A stretch of DNA of 63,712 nucleotides, taken from assembly GCA_051294375.1 (NCBI GenBank), contig CM119268.1, forward strand, positions 18,009,850 to 18,073,561, written 5' to 3'. The translations under genes were made by a program, and so were the position numbers. The stretch comes from Paraspadella gotoi. Lineage: Eukaryota > Animalia > Chaetognatha. The notes under the pieces were generated by a model. The model worked only from the letters and a program-made list of their open reading frames with translations, was not told the origin of the DNA and did not search any database. Below, piece by piece: positions 54,449-63,712 of this stretch (position 1 is the first letter of the stretch; each line of letters begins with the position of its first letter).

Positions 54449-57400
54449 GCTCTTCTCCACCAAAACAACGTCGACAAGTCAAGTCTCACCATTTTTTGGA
54501 GGAAAACAGATTTTAGCCGCTTCATTAGGCGCCTAGCAGAAAATAATTAGTCATTTCTCACTAGATTAAGGCCAAAACAAACTGCGCGCCCTCGCTTGTC
54601 GTAAATCACTTACAATTCAATTGGGGTTTTTATGTACAAATGCGGTTGAATGACCTTTCCTTTTAAAAAAATTTACATTTGGCCTTTTAGTCAGTTTGTT
54701 GCTTCAAATAAAAGCAAATACAATTAAAAACAGTTTTAAAAAAGAAATTTTGATTGAAGCGTGGACAATTCTGAAAGTTTATAGTTTAAATTCCTAAGTT
54801 TCTTGCGAAAACTTTAGCGCTGTTGGACTCATAAACCCAAGAAAGATGTTTGTTCAAAATCTTGGCCGACCTTGAAGGGGACCAAGTGAAAACAGGGGGG
54901 TAAAAAGCTGAAAAACATAAATCTTTGATCCCTTTAACTTTAAGCTGGTTCTGCATCATATAATTTTTTCTTTTATAATCAATTTGGCGAAAGTAGTTAA
55001 AAAAATTCGATAGAAAATCAGCCGGAGCTTTTAATTTTCTATTTTTAAAAAATTGTGTAGACAAAAATCTTTTTCAAGTTTAAAAATTTTTTTTTTTTTT
55101 TCCAAAAAAGGGTAAGATTCTAATTTTAAAAGATTTTCAGCTTTTTCACAAAAAAATTTATAGAAAAAAACTTAGGATATGAATCAAAATTTAACGGTAT
55201 CGACTGATTTTTATAAACTTTCTTTTCAAATGATTCTTGTTTAAATTGAGATGAAAATAAAACTCTTTTGAAGTAATATAAATATAAAGAAGAGAAAGAT
55301 TCTGTACTTTGCTAAATTTTTAATTGTATAATTTAGGCAATCAATATAGTTTAATATATACATTGTAAGGGTAATGAATATGAATATTAATTAATAATTA
55401 TTACAGTTTTGTTTTCTGTAAAGAATAGAATTTTAGGTTTGATTTGTCTGCTTTTAAGTAAATATAAAAAATATAAAAATAATAGTCTTGTAAAGCCTTT
55501 GTTCAATTTGAAGCTTAAAAACCTAAAATTATTAGCTTTGCTACAGTAAAAATAAAAAATTGGAATTTAGTAAAAAAATACTTTCTAATTGCAAAAATAA
55601 AATAATGGATTATATAAAATATTTTAGGTTAGGCGTCAACTAAATTTTTTTTTCATAATTATTAAATTTTTGTTTCCGCTACAATAAGAGATTAGGGAAT
55701 TTTTTTTGCACGTTCCCGTTACAAAGAAAATTAATGGACTATTCACCATTCAAATTTCCTCTTGATGATAGACCCTTCAACTTTATGATATCATTTTTAT
55801 CACTGCGGTCCCTTAAGTTTTACGTTCAATATGTGCGTAAGATCTTTCCTTTTATTTGTCTTTCACGGCCGCTGGAGACGAATGTTCGTTTTTGTCACCA
55901 GGACGGAACTATCAACTTAAGGTTTCAAGAGAAAAGTCGCGAATAAAAAATGAGTCTTTATTGAACACGAATTATTTTTCCTAAATACAGAGTTTCTTTC
56001 TCAGAGCGAAACATGTTTTTGTGAGATTTCAAGCGAAAACTAAACTACGATGGAAAAATCTCTCTGAAAATGAGGCGGGAGACGACTTGCCCGCGAAAAT
56101 ATTGACCATAAAAGAATTGGCAAGATATCTTTAACAATAATTAATAAATTTATTTTCACTTATTACCCTTGCAGGCATAGGAAAAATAACAAACCTTTTC
56201 TTTACAGTAGCATGACCAATCACAAATACTATTGGGCATGATTTTATCGGGGAATTTTATAAAAAAAAAAAACCAACTTTTTCCAATATTGCTAAAAATA
56301 TTATAAACAGAATTGGATAAAAAAAATTTTAGCTCTTAAGACAAAGTTGGGCTGGACTACGGATTTAATTGAAATATCTGGCTGCCATTTCTAATCAAGA
56401 TATCAATATTTCATTTTTTGCTACTTTTTAATAGCAGTAGCAGTGGTAGGGAAAAAAAGGTTAGAGGAGAAAGGAAAAGGATGGACACAGAAAAAATAAT
56501 GAGCGGTAGAAACGTTGCGAGAAAGGGAGAAAAAGTCAGCAGAGAAAGAGAAGAAAAAGAGAGAGTTCGAAAAAAAAAGTCGAGAAAGAAAGAAAATAAT
56601 AAAAGGAGTGAAAAACAAAAGAAAAAAAATTTTATAAGCTATTAGCGTTGCCATTTTTTTTGCCAAAGCAAGTTAGTATATCTAAAATACGCAACAGATC
56701 TTACGAGCAATTTGATGCTCTAAAAGTTGCTCTTTGCCATGGAAAAAAATATTTTTTAGTTCATCTGAATTAAGGGCCGGATACCGTAAATAAGAATGGA
56801 TTGTTCATAAAAGAAAATCATGTCTTTACTGTATTTTGAAAAACATAGAAATCACCCAGTGAGATCTATGTTATGCAGGAGGAAGCATAAGATATATATA
56901 AATAAAGCAGTGTTTCATATTTATCAGAGGAGAAAAAAGAAATAATAGTTATTTAAAGTTCCAATTTCATTGTGAAAAATACCCGTATAAAAAATCACTG
57001 CCTATCTCAAATACAATTTCTTTTGAAGAAAAAGACTCCCGCGATTCCGCGCCGAACCCATGATCGATCCGGACTCGGAGGCAGAGAGAAAAGACTCGGC
57101 CAGCCGGTGACGAGGGTAAGAGAGGAGAGAGAGAGTAAGTTTTGCCGCCTGCAGCTCCGATCGGATCGACTCTGCCGTCGCGCGGATCCGGGAGACAGCA
57201 GAGGAAGACAAGAGGAGTAAGAAGAGCGAGCGAAGTAAGTCGAAGGCGCGGCGGCGAAAGCGCATCTGGCCGCAGCGCGGTCTGCTCCCGGAGGCCTGCG
57301 CTGATACGAGGCTTCTGAGTATTAGCCATGCTCTCTCTTCTCTCTCTCTCTTTTTTTTTCTCACCTCCTTTTTTATTCCCTTCTTTCTTCCTCTTTCCTC

Positions 57401-57455
57401 TTTCTACACCAACTCCCTCACTTCTTCCATCATTTTCTCTCTCCTCTCACTCTCG

Positions 57456-57486
<31 letters not shown>

Positions 57487-57781
57487 ACTCTCTTCTCTCT
57501 CCTTCTCTCTCTTCTCGTCTTCCATCTCTTCTCTCTCTCTCTTTCTCTCTTTCTCTCTCAAACCCCTTTTTTCAATTCCCTTCATTTCTCTCTTCCTTCT
57601 TTTCTCTTTCTACACTCCCAACTTCCCAGGCTCTTTTCTCTCTCCTCTCTCTCTCTCCATCTCTCTCTCTCCCTCTATCCCTCATACCCATTTCTGCCGT
57701 GAGTCTTGGCAAAGCCTACATCAGTCGTAAAAATGAGCATCATTTCTTTCCTTAGCGGTTTCCGTCTACCTTTCCCTTCCT

Positions 57782-58107
57782 TTTCCCAAGCTTTTTCCTC
57801 TCGTTTTCCAAGCTTTTTTCTCTCGTTTTCCCAAGCTTTTTCCTCTCGTTTCCCAAGCTTTTTCCTCTCGTTTCCCAAGCTTTTTCTTCTCGTTTCCCAA
57901 GCTTTTTCCTCTCGTTTTCCAAGCTTTTTCCTCTCGTTTTCCAAGCTTTTTCCTCTCGTTTCCCAAGCTTTTTCCTCTTGTTTCCCAAGCTTTTTCCTCT
58001 CGTTTTCCAAGCTTTTTCTCTCATTTCTCAAGCTTTTTCCTCTCGTTTTTCAAGCTTTTTCCTCACTTTTCTCAAGCTTTTTCCTCTCGTTTCCCAAGCT
58101 TTTTCCA
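57782..58107. repeat. Same 22-bp minisatellite, shorter copy (~15 units)
   Basis: Direct inspection. Confidence 0.92.
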
Positions 58108-59414
58108 CTTAATAAGGAGAATGCCAGTTACCAGTAGCAAGCAAGTTTAAATATAAAATAGAAAACGATTATTTCTTCTACAGGCAGGGACTTGAATCTA
58201 GATAGATACGAAAAAAACTTGTAATATAATCTAAACGAAGAGCTATCAGGTTATTTATAACATTTTTTCATACTTATAGAAAAATACTTGACTTTTTTCC
58301 TGAAAAAAAGTGACTCCGCGCTTGAGAGCCATTGAGATTATACTGTTAGAAAATTTGAACATATTTTTAGGTCAAAATTAACGTCAAGTAGTTTTCCAAC
58401 TCATAAATGTTATAAATAAAATATAAAGTAAAAAAATTACGAGTTTAATCAAGTCTTTTCGTATCGCTCCGGATTGAAGTCCCTGTAATATTATACCACG
58501 CAGAAATATGTACAGATTGAAATCCTAAACGTTTTAAATTTTTTTATTTTTAAGAAAATTTTATGATCAAAGTTTTTTTTCTTTCAAATCAATGAAACTT
58601 GTATGTGGTCCATCATGCGAGGTTCACGACAGAAAATTGATGACAGAAGAACGCTAGTCCTTTTTTCCCCTTTTATCTCAGCGTTTTTCCGCTAGAGGAC
58701 GGGATTGAACACAAATTGAAAATAAAAGACATGAGACATGAGATATTTTAAATACAACGTAGAGACTATTAATGCATATAATAAGGATAATCACAGGCGT
58801 ATACTAAGAACATGATTTTATCACAGTAATGATTTTAGTTTTAAAAGAATTTGACATGGGAAAACCCAATTTCGAGAGATATTATTTTTAAAAAAATCAA
58901 GTAAATCTTGTTTCATGGTTTCGTGCACGATCCAAGGATGGAGAGAATAAGAAAGAAATCATAATAAAAATTCCCAGGAAGTTTTGCGTGGAACGAAAAT
59001 CGATTTCGAGTCGAGTTTCTTCAAAAACGCATTTCATTGTGTCTTCCATTTCATGTTTCCAGTTTTGTTCGTCAAAAATATTTAATTCAATTACTATTTT
59101 TGTCCAGAAGGTGAGTTAATAAATATCAAACAAACTCGTTGTTTACTCGGAAAATATTTATGAATATACTGGGGCCTATCTTTTTATACTATTTATTTCC
59201 TAATGAGAGCAATGTTTTAGCAAACCAATAAAAGTATTTTTAAAATATCTAAAACTTTAGGAAACAAATGATCAAAAGTAGTCACGTGACTTGGTGAAGT
59301 TGCCAAGTAACTTGTGAATCTTTATCAAACTCGTCTTGTCGAAGAAAAATAACTAAAACAGCGATCGCCGATTCTCCCAAATCACAATCGCTGAACTTTG
59401 AAGCTTCTGACTAA

Positions 59415-59723
<309 letters not shown>

Positions 59724-60032
59724 TAAGATGTTAAAGATGAGATCAAGGACGATCGTCCTTTTAAATTCGTAAAAATAGTTTATAACATTCTTTTTGTCAT
59801 TTATTTTTCTCGTTAATGCTTTTCGCTCGGACTTATTTAAAGTGAGTAATTACATTTTTTAGGAAAAGGCAAAAAAATAAAAACTCCAACAACAGCATAT
59901 AATTATTTTCCTTCTTTTTTCTATTCGGTCCTCTTTCTGCTGCCCTGTCCGCCACTTCCACTCCTGCCTTTGCACCTCCACCCCTGCCTTTGCACCTACC
60001 ATCACCCTTCCACCCGCCACATCCCCTTCTAG

Positions 60033-60201
60033 ACCCCAACTCAGCGAATGACCTCGAGCGATTCAACAGTCTCGCCCTCGACGCCTTCCAGAATCAAACG
60101 TTGCTGCCCTGCGAGTTTTGCTGTCGCACCTTCCTGCCCGACCGCCTGCCCGTTCACCAGCGAACGTGCGGCAAGGGCAACTTTAGCAATCCGGAAAAAA
60201 G
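60033..60201 (+). CDS. ZNF474-like zinc finger protein, exon 2 (second C2HC finger); alternative donor possible after 60218
   Basis: cttctag| DPNSANDLERFNSLALDAFQNQTLLPCEFCCRTFLPDRLPVHQRTCGKG has the family motif LxPCxxCxRTFxPDRLxVHQRxC. Donor AAG|gtcgaa (phase 2) or CCG|gtattt (phase 1). Confidence 0.88.
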
Positions 60202-60337
60202 GTCGAATACTTCGTCCGGTATTTTTTCGAAATTAAGCGAATTATTTCAGTTTCAACAACGATTTTTTTTTTTATTATTATTTTATTTTTAAATTAAAAT
60301 TTCATGGTATATCCTTTCTTTTCGTTGTTGTATAGAG

Positions 60338-61170
60338 ATTTAAAGGAAATTATAGCAGAGCACGCAACGCTCAGTGGTCATCAATTCAGAGAGGAAGACT
60401 GTCTCGTGCTGTCCCATGACCCAAAATGGTTCTCAAGAGGTATTAGAGAGGCGATTTACATCAAGGCCTCGAACCTTCTTTGAATCGTGATGGAGGACGA
60501 TTCGACCTCCTCCAAACTATGATTCGCTTATCAAAAAAGTGGTGCAACGTCCACACCACCTCAGCCGCACAATGACTCCCGTTTTCTACTCAACGAATCA
60601 GGCGGAGACCTTCGGTCAATAGATGGGCATCTGATGCCTCCGAATCTTCTGCAGCAACTCGGTCTCTTTCTCTGAGGCTTGAGCGTCGTCCCAAACGACG
60701 GCTACAGGAGGATGAAGAGGGTTCACCGTCCCTGCAAAAGTGGCAAGAGTGGATACTCGCCCGCCTCACCGTCAGGTGAGAAGAGGGCCGTCGGCAGGCA
60801 TATCAGGCCAGAGGGACATTAGGGTAGCTCTGGGTCTCTTTCCTCAGGGATCGCTGCCCGAGCCAGCAAACTTGAGATCAACCCCACTGTCCTCTCAGCC
60901 TATGACGCGCCAATGACCCGGCACCATCAGCCATGCCTTTCATTCATAAGACCTGGGGGGGCTTGCTCATTTTGAGCTCTTTCATACATCTTATATTTCA
61001 CTAAAATCTTTACTTATCTATCCCTCTGAATTAAACTCTTATATTTCAAATTTCATTCATTTCAATTTTTCAAACTTCAAAATTAATTTATTGCAATTTT
61101 GTTATTAGACACAGATCAAGTTTGTTTAATTTTATCTTTGTTGTACATTGCTCAAATGTAATTATTTATT

Positions 61171-61207
<37 letters not shown>

Positions 61208-61322
61208 TTCACCAAATTTCATTTCTTTTCACCACTTATTCTATCTAGCCTAAACTAAATCTGTCCTCTGAACTGACCACTAATCTCTCTCAATTCTTTG
61301 TTGGAAACTTTAACCTCTTCTG

Positions 61323-61360
<38 letters not shown>

Positions 61361-61511
61361 CTTCTCTCTCTCTCTCTCTTTCTTTAACTCACAAATTGTC
61401 CCATTATTCACAACTGTCAAAAGCGCTGATGAAGACTCGAAAATCTCTGAGTCGAAACATGTCTGCAACCTAATAATAAAATCGTTGTAACAATTCAAAT
61501 TTCCTTTAAAT
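60338..61511 (+). mobile_element. 5'-truncated Penelope-like retroelement (GIY-YIG endonuclease C-terminus and pLTR-like 3' region with hammerhead)
   Basis: 60352-60560 translates, across two frameshifts, as IAEHATLSGHQFREEDCLVLSHDPKWFSRGIREAIYIKA / LEPSLNRDGGRFDL / PPNYDSLI, the typical PLE GIY-YIG end (EAIYI..P.LNRD.G). A downstream hammerhead and AATAAA (61475-61480) follow. Confidence 0.85.
61423..61466 (+). ncRNA. Minimal type I hammerhead ribozyme (Penelope-associated)
   Basis: gcg-CTGATGA-a-GACTC-gaaaatctct-GAGTC-GAAAC-at-GTC-tgc: intact core boxes, 5-bp stem II, palindromic ACATGT stem III, GUC cleavage triplet, 3-bp stem I. Confidence 0.85.
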
Positions 61512-61841
61512 TAAAATTTCGAAATTAAAAAAATCGGACGGAGACTTTATTAACCTGATGTTGTTCAGATGATCCCTCTGTTTCCAGAAGACAACATTAA
61601 TCTCTTTCAAACGCTGAAATACTCGTATTTATGATAATTATACCGTAGCTAATATTTTCATTGTTAGAATCTTGCAATACTAAGTTTAAATGGTTTTCCT
61701 TTATTAACAAAAATCTATTTCTTTAGCAAAAATATAATCTATATTTTCTTTTATTTTGAAATAATTGTTTCTTAAAAGTATGGTAAAGCAAGTACAATAA
61801 TTAAATTTTTTTATTTTAAATTTGTCATTTGCGATTGACAG

Positions 61842-61930
61842 ACCGCCTCCACCGTCGATGACCCAATCGCATCAAAGGGTCACGACCTCAGACGGCGACG
61901 ATGACGTCTCTTCCCTCAATGATTCCCCAA
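61842..61930 (+). CDS. ZNF474-like gene, probable exon 3
   Basis: ttgacag| PPPPSMTQSHQRVTTSDGDDDVSSLNDSP |gtaaac, phase 2 to 1; bridges the 60201 donor and exon 4 in frame. Confidence 0.6.
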
Positions 61931-62259
61931 GTAAACAAAAGGCCATCGATCAGGCTGACAGACTGACTGACTGACTGACAGACTGGCTGAAGGATTAGCG
62001 GAGCGATTGTTTGCTCTAAAAAACTTTCCCAATCGAGAAAAGAAAATTACTATAATAGTGTGGCGAATTTTAGCCCTGTGCGCCAGCTGTCGGGAGATGC
62101 CTCATACCCCGGGCATCACACATCATGTCTCCCCGTTGCCCTAATAGTTTATTTTTGTGTACATGACGAAAGAAAATACACCTATGAGAACGAATTCAAT
62201 GTTTTGATCGACTGTACAATGTCGAGGGTCTCTTTGTATTTATTTTTATCCCATATTAG

Positions 62260-63190
62260 ATCATCGAAAAGCATCGCCCTCTCATCGCCCCAGCCGGCCT
62301 GGCACGCATCTGGTGCCCAAACTCAGCCCCGATTCCGCTTCGTCGTCGATTCCGCCAAGATCACCGTCGTCTCCTCGTCCGCCGCAGCCCTCTCAGACGC
62401 CGCAGCCTTCTCAGACCCCGCAGCCTTCTCTGGCGCCGCAGCCTTCTCCGGCGCCGCAGCCCACTCAGACGCCGCAGCCTTCTCGGGCGCCGCAGCCTTC
62501 TCGAGCGTCTCCAACGGTTCGCTCGCACCCTTATTCCGCCGCCCGATACAGCAGCCCGCGCGAAGCTACGGACTCTTCACTTAGCGAGGTTGTCGAAACC
62601 GTCACGCATTCAACAGCCTCCTCAACCCCAAAGCCGCTTCCCAAATGGACCTCCGCTAGGGGCGCCACATTAAAACCCGCTGCTCCGCATCCCGACCTCG
62701 CGGGATCGCCACGATCGCCCCGTCCTCCAGCCGCGCGACCCTTTACGGTAGGCGGCGCTCGCAAGGGGAATAAAGACGAGACTTCGAGGCCAAGCGCTCC
62801 GTCGAGAACGTCCCTACGTCCACCCTCTCCTTCGGCATCGCGGCGCTCTCCCAGCGCTTCGTCCACGACCCGGCGTTCTCCGCTGGCGGCGTCGCCGACT
62901 CACGCGCGTTCTTCGAGCGCGGCGTCTCGGTCGAGTGCTCGATCGCCCATGGCGTCTCCGTCGTCGCGGAGACGGTCGCCAAGCGCGTCGTCGACGGCGT
63001 CCATGGAGACGAACGTCACGTATGACGTTTATTCGGACGAAGAGTCCGCGAGGAGAGGGAGAGAAGGAGGAAGTGGGGGAGGAAGAGGACGTGGAGGAGG
63101 AGGAGGAGGAGGAGGAGGAAGAAGAGTGAAAGTACGAAATATTAGGACGAGAGAAAATGAGGAAGGAAGCGATTATAATAACGGAGACAG
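62260..63190 (+). CDS. ZNF474-like gene, exon 4 (~310 aa Pro/Ser/Arg-rich low-complexity region)
   Basis: catattag| acceptor in frame with ORF 62313-63194; GC-rich 931-nt open frame with PQPS repeats, RRSPxASS repeats and a Gly/Arg stretch; donor CAG|gtaaca, phase 2. Confidence 0.78.
62385..62503 (+). repeat. Coding 18-bp tandem repeat (CGCAGCCTTCTCAGACGC-like, ~6-7 units) encoding PQPS[Q/L/P/R][T/A]
   Basis: In-frame repeat within ZNF474-like exon 4. Confidence 0.85.
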
Positions 63191-63273
63191 GTAACAGAGA
63201 AGCGATTCACTACAATAATACTTATAGTTTAAATAACAACTCTTTGAATATTTTGATTATATTTTTATTTCAG

Positions 63274-63310
63274 ATTCGAAAATCGTCGCAAATCAAATCA
63301 TAATCCAATG
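63274..63310 (+). CDS. ZNF474-like gene, exon 5 (gene continues downstream, probably beyond the window)
   Basis: tttcag| FENRRKSNHNPM |gtgaga, phase 2 to 0, after an 83-nt intron. Confidence 0.62.
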
Positions 63311-63712
63311 GTGAGATTTTTTTCCCTTTTTTTTGCATGGAATCAGCACAAGTTTCGCTTCATTAGTGGTGTTAGTGTTTCTGTGTCCGTTATGAAATTG
63401 GTACAACCAATATAAAAATTATCCATTCATTTAATAAATACGTGGCTGATATAAGAGACAAAAAAAGAAATAATACTATGAAATAATAACATTGACCTAA
63501 ATTTAACATAGCACATGCTTACTGTAAAAAGAAAAAGTTAATCATGTCACCGTAACTAAAATTTTCACCCAAAAAAAGTCGTTAACTAAACATAGAACAT
63601 CTGTATAATTTTGTATTTTGTATTATTTTTAATGCCGCTCGGAAAAAAAAGGAGGAATTCTTTAAAAGAGCGAGTTTCGATTTTGAACGAATGACAATCG
63701 ACTACGAGGAAA

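Overview
Eukaryotic, probably invertebrate animal, draft-genome window. It has spliceosomal GT-AG introns, AT-rich and microsatellite-dense intergenic DNA, GC-richer exons, and 11 N-gaps. Three + strand intron-containing genes were reconstructed by hand from splice sites and phase continuity. (1) A complete 3-exon, 154-aa calponin/transgelin (myophilin/Mp20-like) CH-domain gene at 4750-6176. (2) A gene of at least 9 exons and at least 370 aa at 31409-40740, which I cannot assign to a family; it encodes a likely GPI-anchored surface protein with Thr-rich stalks. (3) The 5' part of a ZNF474-like C2HC zinc-finger gene from 59520 to beyond 63310, with a long Pro/Ser/Arg-rich region. An intron of gene 3 holds a 5'-truncated Penelope-like retroelement with a GIY-YIG C-terminus, a minimal hammerhead ribozyme and a 14-bp inverted repeat at its ends. 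Also present are a ~2.3-kb foldback/DNA-transposon-like insertion, a tRNA-like element and several minisatellites. About 28 kb of the window lies in three tandem duplications next to exactly-25-N gaps, with indel noise and PacBio-adapter-like ends; these are most likely long-read gap-filling artifacts. Most ORFs in the supplied track are microsatellite read-through. No prokaryotic system or CRISPR array was seen.
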